Below, piece after piece: positions 48,222 through 56,944 of a DNA stretch of 64,000 bases. A program made the position numbers and the translations under genes. The stretch spans positions 544,001 through 608,000 of the forward strand of contig CAXXSL010000016.1 in assembly GCA_963675525.2 (NCBI GenBank). Reading direction: 5' to 3'. The notes under the pieces are model-generated. The model was not told the origin of the DNA. It did not search any database and saw only the letters and a program-made list of their open reading frames with translations. Position 1 is the first letter of the stretch. Each line of letters begins with the position of its first letter. The stretch comes from Anaerohalosphaeraceae bacterium (lineage in GTDB: Bacteria; Planctomycetota; Phycisphaerae; Sedimentisphaerales; Anaerohalosphaeraceae).

Positions 48222-48552
48222 GTTTATCTCCTGTCTGTTCATTATATTCGTTGATTGCGTTAACTAGTTTTCGGATAGTCTTGAAGTCAGGCGTTGTCCG
48301 GCCCTTCTCGATACGATTCAGCGTTTCAACACGTATGCCCGCAAGCTTCGCCAAATCCTTTTGTGTCAACCCGGCGTCCTGACGCCGCTGCAGTAAACGG
48401 TCGGCCAGACGTTGATCGCTAATGTTCATGGCGTCTAGTACATCATTCTTTGTTTTGCTCTGCGTTAACGCCCGAAATTCATCTTCTTTGACAATAATAT
48501 ACCAAGTTCCGTTCAGTCGAACCCGTTGATAAGCTGTTTTGTGCTTTTGCAT
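48178..48552 (-). CDS. XRE-family HTH protein
   Basis: RRQDAGLTQKDLAKLAGIRVETLNRIEKG...PD..T..KL; N-terminal YIIV..DEF..L; overlaps the ACP start. Confidence 0.88.
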   Translation of the reverse strand: MQKHKTAYQRVRLNGTWYIIVKEDEFRALTQSKTKNDVLDAMNISDQRLADRLLQRRQDAGLTQKDLAKLAGIRVETLNRIEKGRTTPDFKTIRKLVNAINEYNEQTGDKHVNANHRNTESTGH

Positions 48553-48555
48553 AAT

Positions 48556-48589
48556 TGATATATATATCATAATTGACTTAGAAGTCAAT
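48556..48589. promoter_or_regulatory. Palindromic operator candidates upstream of the XRE-ACP pair
   Basis: TGATATATATATCA (48556-48569) and ATTGACTT-AG-AAGTCAAT (48572-48589). Confidence 0.5.
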
Positions 48590-48616
48590 GATAATTTAAA
48601 AAAAATTGGAAACTAC

Positions 48617-48663
48617 TTGCCATATCACTTAATAATTCATATTATGTGAGTAAATGCTCATAT
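48617..48663 (+). promoter_or_regulatory. ars operon promoter with overlapping ArsR-type operator
   Basis: TTGCCA-N17-TATTAT; imperfect palindrome ATGTGAG-TAAATG-CTCATAT (48644-48663). Confidence 0.6.
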
Positions 48664-48677
48664 AGTTATATATTAAG

Positions 48678-49013
48678 GTGTTTTTTGATATGGAAATGCG
48701 GATTTTCGAACAACAGGCCGAGATAGCTAAGGCGATTGCCCACCCGGTGCGGGTGGCGGTTTTGGACTATCTAAAGTCCGGCGAGCAGTGCGTCTGCGAC
48801 ATCGCCGAAGCCGTCGGCACCGAGCGCAGCAACCTGTCCAAACATCTGTCGATAATGACCGCCGCAGGCGTACTCGCATCCCGCAGGGACGGGCTGAAGG
48901 TACTATACCGGCTCAAAACGCCGTGCGTGCTGCGCTTTTTGGGCTGCATTAAAGAATGTCTCATCGAACAGGCCGAAGAACAGCAGAAGATGCTGGAAAT
49001 GCTGAATAAGTAA
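48678..49013 (+). CDS. arsR: ArsR/SmtB transcriptional repressor
   Basis: KAIAHPVR, EQCVCDI, SNLSKHL, RRDG..V.Y.L. Confidence 0.92.
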   Translation: MFFDMEMRIFEQQAEIAKAIAHPVRVAVLDYLKSGEQCVCDIAEAVGTERSNLSKHLSIMTAAGVLASRRDGLKVLYRLKTPCVLRFLGCIKECLIEQAEEQQKMLEMLNK

Positions 49014-49036
49014 ATTTTGAATCGGAGCTATCAATC

Positions 49037-50015
49037 GTGTTATCAATTTTCACAAAACTGGCTGATTTGATTATCTATCAGTGGTTCGGCATGTCGCCGG
49101 ACTCGCATCTGGCCGGCAGTCTGCATTTTTTCATAGAGGATACCACCAAAATCTTCGCCCTGCTGGTCGTTATGATTTACGTTATCGCCTGGGCCAGGGC
49201 CGCACTCAATATCGAACGGGTGCGTGATTACCTCGGCGGCAAACATCGCCTGTTCGGCTATGTCGCCGCCGCGTCATTCGGTGCGGTAACGCCGTTTTGT
49301 TCCTGCTCCAGCATCCCGCTGTTTCTCGGCTTTACGCAGGCTCGCATCCCGATTGGCATTACGATGGCCTTTCTGATTACCTCGCCCATCATCAACGAAG
49401 TCGCCATCGTCCTGCTCGGCAGTCTGCTCGGCGTGAAATTTACCGTCTGTTATGTCACCGTCGGCATTCTGGCCGGTGTGGTCGGAGGCGGTTTTATCGA
49501 CCTGATTGGAGCCGAAAAATATCTGACACCATTGGCCGAATCGGTCAACAGGACACACCCCGAACAGCGGGACAACTCCGCTCCGTATCAAAATGACCCT
49601 GCGCGACCGTCACGCATTTGCCAAAGACGAACTGAAAACCATTTTCAGCCGGGTCTGGAAATGGGTGTTAGTCGGCGTTGGGTTGGGTGCGGTGCTGCAC
49701 GGCCTGGTGCCGGAAAGCTTCGTAGCTAAACATCTTGGCGCCGGCCAGTGGTGGACCGTTCCGGCGGCAACCCTGCTGGGCATCCCCTTGTATTCCAACG
49801 CCAGCGGCGTGATTCCCGTTGCCGAAACGCTCCTGAACAAAGGCCTGCCCGTCGGCACCACACTGGCATTCATGATGAGCACTGTCGCGGCCAGTTTCCC
49901 GGAGTTCATGATGCTCAAGCAGGTCATGAAATTTAAATTGCTGGTAATTTTCTTCCTGCTGCTGCTGACCATGTTTACGACGGTCGGATGGATTTTTAAC
50001 CTGATAACCTTTTAA
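49037..50015 (+). pseudogene. ArsP/DUF318 permease, split by one frameshift near 49545-49590 (possibly an assembly error)
   Basis: TPFCSCSSIPLF, MAFLITSP..NE in frame 1; GIPLYSNA.G..P, KG.P.GT.LAFMM....S.PE in frame 2. Confidence 0.85.
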
Positions 50016-50033
50016 TAAGGAACTGAAATTATA

Positions 50034-50528
50034 ATGGAAACATCGATTCAAATAAAACCGATTGGAATCATTCACACGCCTTTTCAGCAGGCACAGGGAA
50101 CCCCGATCCAGCCGGCGAAAGGAAAAGGCGGCAAGGGCTGGGTTGAAATAGATGATGAATACGTCGGAAGGTCTTAAAGATTTGGACGGTTTCGAACGCA
50201 TCTGGCTGCTGTTCTGGTGCCACCGTGCCGGTGAAGTGAAAATGCACGTTAAGCCGTACATGGATACCGAGGTTCGCGGCCTGTTTTCAACCCGTGCACC
50301 GAGTCGTCCGAATGCCATCGGCATGTCCTGTGTCAAACTGCTTGTCCGTCAACGGCAACCGGCTCGAGATTGAAGACGTGGACATGCTCGACGGCACGCC
50401 CCTGCTGGACATCAAACCGTATGTGCGAAAAATTCGACCACTTTCGAGGTAAAACGCTGCGGCTGGACCGACAATCCGCACAAACGAAAACACAAAAGCC
50501 GACAACCGATTTTTCAACGAGGAGTAAT
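50034..50528 (+). pseudogene. tsaA: TsaA/TrmO (YaeB) tRNA methyltransferase-like gene with several frameshifts
   Basis: IKPIGIIHTPF....GTPIQP / EGLKDLDGFERIWLLFW.H...RGLFSTRAPSRPNAIG.S.V.L / DVDMLDGTPLLDIKPY in different frames. Confidence 0.85.
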
Positions 50529-50529
50529 T

Positions 50530-50761
50530 ATGAAGATACAGATTTTGGGCACCGGCTGTGCCAAGTGCAGCACGTTATACGAAAACGTCAAAGAAGCCGT
50601 CGAAGCTTTGGGCATCGAAGCCGAAATGGAAAAAGTCACCGACCTTGCCGACATCATGGCGTTGGGCGTGATGGTCACGCCGCGCTTTGGCAATTAACGG
50701 GCAGGTTAAAACCAGCGGCAAGGTGCCGTCGGTCGAGGACATAAAACAAATGATTCAATAA
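50530..50761 (+). pseudogene. Small thioredoxin/glutaredoxin-like protein (MTH895 type), frameshifted; not in the ORF track
   Basis: MKIQILGTGCAKC...EKVTDLADIMALGVMVTP, then ALAINGQVK and SGKVPSVEDIKQMIQ* after two frame changes. Confidence 0.8.
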
Positions 50762-50782
50762 TTTCTTTTTAAGGAGAACATT

Positions 50783-51155
50783 ATGGAATCGTCAAAGGTT
50801 TGTTCAGGCGGGGATACATTGATTTTTGCATGTTCGGGAGCCGCCGATGTCGGCGCTGTCGCCGACCGGGCCGCCCGGGAAATGACCAAACGAGGTATCG
50901 GTCAAATGTTCTGTCTGGCCGGAATCGGCGGAGGCGTTGAACCGATTCTGCAAAAGACCGAAGCAGGCCAAAAAAATCCTCGCCATCGACGGCTGCGCGA
51001 TGAACTGCGTCAAAAGCTGTCTGCAAAAAGCGGGGTTTCGCCAATTTTTACACTTGCAGCTTGCCGACATCGACATGGCCAAGGGCCAAACACCCCCTAC
51101 AAACGAAAATATTGAGAAGGCCCTGCGAGCCGGTGACGAAATGTTAGAAGCGTAA
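50783..51155 (+). pseudogene. DGC-domain putative zinc-binding protein, one frameshift near 50960-50975
   Basis: LIFACSGAADVG...D.AAR...MFCLAG.G / KILAIDGC..NC.K.CL. Confidence 0.8.
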
Positions 51156-51177
51156 CCGGCATTCAAAAGGGCCGAAC

Positions 51178-52374
51178 ATGGAAAACGGCACAAAAAAACT
51201 CGACACAAAAAGCATGAATATTTTCGAACGGTATTTAACCGTTTGGGTCGGCTTGTGTATTATCGGCGGCATCGTGCTGGGCAAGTTCGCCCCGGGCTTT
51301 GCGAAAACACTGGATGGTATGGCGATTTCCGTCAACAACGCCCCGGTCGTGTCTATTCCAATCGCGGTGTGTCTGTTCTTCATGATGTATCCTATCATGG
51401 TCAAGATCGATTTTGCCGAAGTGCTTCAGGCCGGAAAAAGTATCAAGCCGGTCGGCTTGACATTGTTCATCAACTGGGCCATCAAGCCGTTTACGATGTA
51501 TGCCATCGCCCTGCTGTTTCTCGGGACGCTGTTTCATGGTTTCATCGGCACCGACGCCGTTGATTTGGTTAAAATGCCGTTCGGGCTGGACCTGCCCGTT
51601 GGCCAAACTTACGGCGTCGGAACGGTCATCGACCTCGAAGGCGTCAAAATGCTCCAGGTTCCCCTGTGGCGAAGTTATCTGGCCGGCTGTATTCTGCTGG
51701 GCATTGCCCCCTGCACGGCCATGGTGCTGGTCTGGGGCTATCTGTCCAAAGGCAATGACGGCCATACATTGGTAATGGTCGCCATCAACTCGCTGACGAT
51801 GCTGTTTTTGTACGGCCCGCTGGGCGGGTTTCTTTTGGGCATCGGTCGATTACCCGTGCCGTGGCAGGCGCTGCTGCTGTCGATTTCGATTTATGTCGCG
51901 CTGCCGCTGGCGGCCGGGTTCGTCTCGCGAAAATGGATCATCGCTCACAAAGGAGAGCAATGGTTCAAGGAAAAATTTCTGCATATCTTGACACCCATTA
52001 CCATTATCGCGCTGCTGGCGACGTTGGTTTTATTGTTTTCCTTCAAAGGCGAAACCATTCTCTCCAATCCGTTAACCATTCTGTGGATTGCCATCCCGCT
52101 GTTTATTCAGACCGTCCTGATTTTCGCCCTCGGTTACGGCCTCAGCAAACTGCTGAAATTGAAATATGAAGATGCCGCGCCGTCGGCAATGATCGGCGCA
52201 TCGAACCATTTTGAAGTCGCCATTGCCACATCGACCATGCTGTTCGGCCTGTCGTCCGGTGCGGCCCTAGCGACCGTCGTCGGCGTACTGATTGAAGTGC
52301 CCGTGATGCTGATGCTCGTAAAATTCTGCCTGAAAACAAATGGCTGGTTTCGGAACCCAAAACAGGCTGCTTAA
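51178..52374 (+). CDS. acr3: Acr3 arsenite efflux transporter
   Basis: [65 protein letters not shown]. Confidence 0.95.
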   Translation: MENGTKKLDTKSMNIFERYLTVWVGLCIIGGIVLGKFAPGFAKTLDGMAISVNNAPVVSIPIAVCLFFMMYPIMVKIDFAEVLQAGKSIKPVGLTLFINWAIKPFTMYAIALLFLGTLFHGFIGTDAVDLVKMPFGLDLPVGQTYGVGTVIDLEGVKMLQVPLWRSYLAGCILLGIAPCTAMVLVWGYLSKGNDGHTLVMVAINSLTMLFLYGPLGGFLLGIGRLPVPWQALLLSISIYVALPLAAGFVSRKWIIAHKGEQWFKEKFLHILTPITIIALLATLVLLFSFKGETILSNPLTILWIAIPLFIQTVLIFALGYGLSKLLKLKYEDAAPSAMIGASNHFEVAIATSTMLFGLSSGAALATVVGVLIEVPVMLMLVKFCLKTNGWFRNPKQAA

Positions 52375-52397
52375 CAATAATTGAAAAGGACTATACA

Positions 52398-52802
52398 ATG
52401 AAAGAAACGACTAGAAGATATCTCATCATCGCAGTGTTGTTCGCCGCCGTGTTCGTGCTGGTAACAGCAAAAAATCTTAGAACACAAAAACAGGCCGAGA
52501 ATCTGGCCGATAGCAGCGTCGTTGGACAGGGCAAACCCGTCATGCTGGAGTTGGGGGCGCACTGGTGTGTGCCATGCAAACAGATGACTCCCATCCTGAA
52601 CGAACTGGCTACCGAGCAACAGGTCTTCACTGTAGCCTTTGTGAACGTGGAAACAGATGAAGCAACAACACGCAAGTACGGCATTGAATCCATCCCCGTA
52701 CAAATCTTTTTTGGCGCCGACGGAACGGAACTGTTCCGTCACGTCGGATTCTATCCGAAAGAAGATATTCTCGCCAAATGGAAAGAATTGGGCATCGAGT
52801 AA
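52398..52802 (+). CDS. Exported/membrane-anchored thioredoxin-family protein
   Basis: N-terminal hydrophobic helix, WCVPC, IPVQIFF...G.ELFRHVG. Confidence 0.9.
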   Translation: MKETTRRYLIIAVLFAAVFVLVTAKNLRTQKQAENLADSSVVGQGKPVMLELGAHWCVPCKQMTPILNELATEQQVFTVAFVNVETDEATTRKYGIESIPVQIFFGADGTELFRHVGFYPKEDILAKWKELGIE

Positions 52803-52806
52803 AAAT

Positions 52807-53505
52807 ATGATAGAACAGCTTTTTACATCGTTGACGCATATGATGCAGCAAAGTACCTGGCCCGCACTGGTCGCGGCGCTGGGCTGGGGGCTAATGAGCA
52901 TCATTTTAAGCCCGTGTCACCTGGCATCGATCCCGCTGGTGGTGGCATATGTCAACCGGGGCGAGATACTGAAAACCAAAAGAGCCTTCATGCTTTCCTG
53001 TCTTTTTTCGCTCGGTATTTTTGTATCGATTCTGGCAATCGGTCTTATCACCATGCGGCTTAGACAGATGCTGGGGGATATCGGGCCGTGGGGCAAGTGG
53101 CTCGTCGCGGCGGTCTTTATGGTCTTCGGGCTGGTGCTGCTGGAAGTGATCACCCTGCCGTGGTCGGGGCCGAACATGGCCTCCAATACCAAGACCGGGG
53201 CATGGGGGGCGTTTTTGCTGGGGCTGATCTTCGGAGCGGCGGTGGGACCGTGTACGTTTGCCTATATGGCGCCGGTTCTGGCAGTCGTATTTGATACCGC
53301 CGGAACCCGTTTTGTATTTGCGACAACATTAATCCTTCTGTACAGCCTCGGTCATTGCGGCATTATCGTGCTGGCGGGAACGCTGGGCGCACGGATTCAG
53401 ACCTTTCTGAACTGGGACCAAAAATCACACATGACCGCCAAAGTACGAAAAATCTGCGGTGTGGTGCTCATCGCTGTAGCGTTTTACCTCATCTGGACCA
53501 CATAA
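52807..53505 (+). CDS. ccdA: CcdA/DsbD-type disulfide electron transporter
   Basis: SIILSPCHL..IP and GPCT...MAP cysteine motifs, 6 TM; ATG 52807. Confidence 0.88.
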   Translation: MIEQLFTSLTHMMQQSTWPALVAALGWGLMSIILSPCHLASIPLVVAYVNRGEILKTKRAFMLSCLFSLGIFVSILAIGLITMRLRQMLGDIGPWGKWLVAAVFMVFGLVLLEVITLPWSGPNMASNTKTGAWGAFLLGLIFGAAVGPCTFAYMAPVLAVVFDTAGTRFVFATTLILLYSLGHCGIIVLAGTLGARIQTFLNWDQKSHMTAKVRKICGVVLIAVAFYLIWTT

Positions 53506-53546
53506 AATCACCTTTTTTTCGGGGCGCAATCTGTTGGCGATTTTCT

Positions 53547-53575
53547 TTGACTGAAAAGCAATTCTGACGTATCAT
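53547..53575 (+). promoter_or_regulatory. Sigma-70 promoter of the PIG-L/GT4/GH operon
   Basis: TTGACT-N17-TATCAT. Confidence 0.55.
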
Positions 53576-53645
53576 ATTACAGGTGTGTTTATTTCATAAT
53601 CGACAGGGCACACCGTTCATCTGACCGTTTCACTTCGAGGGCGTC

Positions 53646-54323
53646 ATGGAAAACGATTGCGAATTGGCAAAAAGCAACACCTTGGACTGGAGCGACCAAA
53701 CATGTGCCGTCATCGTCGCCCATCCGGATGATGAGACGCTCTGGGCCGGCGGAATCATCCTGGCCCATCCCGAAGCCGCTTGGCACATTATCACGCTATG
53801 CCGCGGTTCGGATACCGATCGCGCTCCGAAATTTAAAAAAATTCTCACCGCATACAACGCCGCCGGGGCCATGGCGGACATCGACGACGGCCCGGACCAG
53901 ACACCGCTGAATCTCGCCGACATCGAAAAAACCATCGCGAAAAAACTGCCGGACAACCAGTACAACCGCATTATCACCCACAGCCCCGCAGGCGAATACA
54001 CCCGCCACCGCCGGCACGAAGAAACCGCACAAGCCGTTCTGGACCTGCTCGAGTCAAACCGTCTTCGCGCGTCGGCGCTGTGGATGTTCGCCTACCGGGA
54101 CAACAACCGGCAGGATTTACCGCAACCCATACCCGCCGCCGACGTACTCTATACATTGCCACAGGAAATATGGCGCAAAAAGTATGAATTAATAACAAAT
54201 ACTTACGGCTTTTCCGCTGATAGCTGGGAAGCCAAAACGACTCCGAAAACGGAAGCGTTCTGGATATTCACGTCCGCGGAAGGCGTCAAAAAACAAATCT
54301 ATGAAAGGAGCAAAACACAATGA
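53646..54323 (+). CDS. PIG-L/LmbE-family deacetylase-like protein
   Basis: VAHPDDE..WAGG; THSP.GEY..H..H. Confidence 0.85.
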   Translation: MENDCELAKSNTLDWSDQTCAVIVAHPDDETLWAGGIILAHPEAAWHIITLCRGSDTDRAPKFKKILTAYNAAGAMADIDDGPDQTPLNLADIEKTIAKKLPDNQYNRIITHSPAGEYTRHRRHEETAQAVLDLLESNRLRASALWMFAYRDNNRQDLPQPIPAADVLYTLPQEIWRKKYELITNTYGFSADSWEAKTTPKTEAFWIFTSAEGVKKQIYERSKTQ

Positions 54324-55462
54324 AAGTATTAGTCCTTTACGACTACCCTTCCGGTACCGGCGGACTGGCAACGCAGGGCGCATTGCTCTACCGGGGCCTG
54401 CAGGAATTGGGTGTTGATGTCTGCCCTGTACACTTTGAATCTGCCCAGGAAAAAGAATGGTATTACCGATGGTTTCAGCCGGATGTGGTTGTTGGGGTTG
54501 GCTATTGGGGGCATACGCCGAATCTGGTTCTGCATCCCAAACGCTACGGTGTCCTGCCGATCCCGTGGCTCGTGGCCGACGGCTACATCGCCAATTATCA
54601 GGAAATCCTCGAAGAACTTCCTCTTATTTTAGTCACGTCCCGCTGGGTGAAGAAAATGTACATGCGAGACGGACTCAGCGGCGACAACATCGAAGTGCTG
54701 CCGGTGGGCTGTGACACCGATGCGTTTTGTCCTCGCCCTAAAGATGATCCCAAAATATCGACTGTTCGTGAAGCATTGGGAGTCGCTGAAGATCAGCTTA
54801 TGATTCTAACAATCGGCGGCGATGCGACGTCCAAAGGGGCCCAGGAGGTCATGCAGGCGCTGGCGATCAATGACACCAAAGCGCCGGACTGGAAATATGT
54901 CTGTAAAGTCTGGCCGCAGCCGCGTACCGAGGCCCAGAACCTGATCGATCTGCAACTGGCAACGCAGCTCGGCATCGAAAAAAATGTCGTTTATACCTCC
55001 AATGTGATCTCCCGGAATTTCATGCCGTATTTACTTGCGGCCTGCGATATTTACGCCGCCCCGTCTCGACTGGAGGGTTTCGGCATGATTCAGGTTGAAG
55101 CTAATTCCTGCGGCAAACCCGTCATCGGCATCAAGGCAATGGGGCTGCTGGATACGATGGTGCATGGTGAGACTGCGTTCCTGGCGGACATCGCACAGGA
55201 AATTCGGATACGCGAAACGGTCGTCGGCGACGAGTCCGGCTATGAGTCGAATCACAAAGTCACATTCAAAAAGCCCCGCACCGTCGATTACCGCGCCAGT
55301 GTTCATGACATCGCAAATTATCTGATGGATTTGATGGCGGATGAGAAGTTAAGGGACAAAATGGGACAGGCCGGCAGAAAAAGGGCCATCGAACTGTTTG
55401 ATTATCGTGTGGTAGCGAAAAAATTCGTGGATATCGTTTCAAAAAAACTGGGGATTTCATAG
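54320..55462 (+). CDS. GT4 (group 1) glycosyltransferase
   Basis: GCDTDAF.P, KG...V.QA, DIYAAPSRLEGFGMIQVEA..CGKPVI. Confidence 0.92.
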   Translation: MKVLVLYDYPSGTGGLATQGALLYRGLQELGVDVCPVHFESAQEKEWYYRWFQPDVVVGVGYWGHTPNLVLHPKRYGVLPIPWLVADGYIANYQEILEELPLILVTSRWVKKMYMRDGLSGDNIEVLPVGCDTDAFCPRPKDDPKISTVREALGVAEDQLMILTIGGDATSKGAQEVMQALAINDTKAPDWKYVCKVWPQPRTEAQNLIDLQLATQLGIEKNVVYTSNVISRNFMPYLLAACDIYAAPSRLEGFGMIQVEANSCGKPVIGIKAMGLLDTMVHGETAFLADIAQEIRIRETVVGDESGYESNHKVTFKKPRTVDYRASVHDIANYLMDLMADEKLRDKMGQAGRKRAIELFDYRVVAKKFVDIVSKKLGIS

Positions 55463-55465
55463 GCC

Positions 55466-56638
55466 ATGCGAAAAAACGAGCAGCAACTGATCGAAGACGC
55501 CAAAAAGACAGCGCTGGAAGTCTTGCTTCATAACGCGCACGGCCCTTATCGCGGTCTGCCGAGAACCGCCGGCTGGGGATATCCCGAACCCTACACGCGA
55601 GACCTGATGATTTGCCTGTTGGGCGTGTTGGTTTCCGGAAACCAAAAACTCATCGCCGCCTATAAAAAAGTCCTCCGGACACTGGCCCAAAATCAGTCGT
55701 CCAACGGTCACATTCCCTCGCTGGTCCATGACCCCGAAGACCGCGGCGCCAGCGACTGCACACCGCTTTTCCTGGTCGGCACGGGATTGTATCGCAAAGC
55801 GACGCAGGACGCGGAATTTCTCTGTGAAGCGGTCGAAAAAGCCCTCACATGGATGCGCTATCAAAGCCCGTGTGACCGGGTCCTCGTCGCGCAACTGCCC
55901 ACCAGTGACTGGCGGGATGAACAGTGGGTACTGGGTTACGGACTGTATGTCAACACGCTGGCCTATACCTATCTGAAATTGTTCGGCCGGACGGAAGATG
56001 CCGCCAGACTCAAAGATGAAATGCTGAGTTTTGCCATCGCCGAAGAACGTCAGCATCGGCACGTCCACGAAGGCCTTATGCTTAAACATAAACCGTATTA
56101 CGCCTTCTGGTCGTACAAAATCTATCAAAGCGAACGGTTCGACCTGCTGGGAAATTCACTGGCCATTCTTTCCGGCCTCGCCTCCCCGACCAGAGCCGCA
56201 TCGCTGGCGTCCTGGATCGAGCATGAATGTCAGGGGTTAAGAGAAAAAAACGAATTGGGCATCAATCTGCCGCCGAATTTCTTCCCGTATATAAAACCGT
56301 CCGATCCGGACTGGATGCCGCGTTATGAAACATACAATCAGCCGGGCGAGTATCATAACGGCGGCATCTGGCCGTTTATCTGCGGATTTTACATCGCCGC
56401 TCTCGTCGCGGCCGGAAAACATAAGCTCGCCGAGAAAAAACTGCTGGATTTAACCTATGCCGTCAAACCGTATCGAGTCGAAAAAACCGATTTCGGTTTC
56501 AATGAATGGCTCAACGCCTACGACGGAAAACCAATGGGCCAGGACTGGCAGAGTTGGTCGGCGGCGATGTATCTCTACGCCGCCAAATGTGTCGAGACGA
56601 AAACAACCCCCTTCTTTGACGACATCCGGGAACATTAA
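55466..56638 (+). CDS. (alpha/alpha)6-barrel glycoside hydrolase, GH100 invertase / amylo-1,6-glucosidase-like
   Basis: Y...YTRD, DWRDE, RFDLLGNSLAILSG, YHNGGIWPF, FNEW...DG...G...QSWSAA. Confidence 0.82.
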   Translation: MRKNEQQLIEDAKKTALEVLLHNAHGPYRGLPRTAGWGYPEPYTRDLMICLLGVLVSGNQKLIAAYKKVLRTLAQNQSSNGHIPSLVHDPEDRGASDCTPLFLVGTGLYRKATQDAEFLCEAVEKALTWMRYQSPCDRVLVAQLPTSDWRDEQWVLGYGLYVNTLAYTYLKLFGRTEDAARLKDEMLSFAIAEERQHRHVHEGLMLKHKPYYAFWSYKIYQSERFDLLGNSLAILSGLASPTRAASLASWIEHECQGLREKNELGINLPPNFFPYIKPSDPDWMPRYETYNQPGEYHNGGIWPFICGFYIAALVAAGKHKLAEKKLLDLTYAVKPYRVEKTDFGFNEWLNAYDGKPMGQDWQSWSAAMYLYAAKCVETKTTPFFDDIREH

Positions 56639-56684
56639 TTTCCCTTCAGTGAGAATGGCCCATCCTGCCCTCTCGATAATATGC

Positions 56685-56870
56685 CGCCCCCTGCGGGGGC
56701 GTGAGAGATAGACACCCATTTTCCCCGGGTTTCGCTTCGCTGTGCCCGGGGCTACAACATAACGCCCTCTGCGAGGGCTTTATGCTGCCCTTTCAGGGCG
56801 AATAAATGGGGTGGTTGCCTTAGCCACCCAGGGCGTTGCCCTGGGCTAAGATATACTGCACCTTCGGTGC
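56685..56870. repeat. Cluster of REP-like GC-rich hairpins between convergent genes
   Basis: CGCCCCC-TGC-GGGGGCG; CCCCGGG...CCCGGGG; GCCCTC-TGC-GAGGGC; GCCCT-TTC-AGGGC; CCCAGGGC-GTT-GCCCTGGG; GCACC-TTC-GGTGC. Confidence 0.75.
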
Positions 56871-56944
56871 GATCTGTTCAATCTTGCCCATCGCTTTCGC
56901 TTCGCGAGAAGCGATGCCACCCGCACACACTGAAGTGCGGACTC

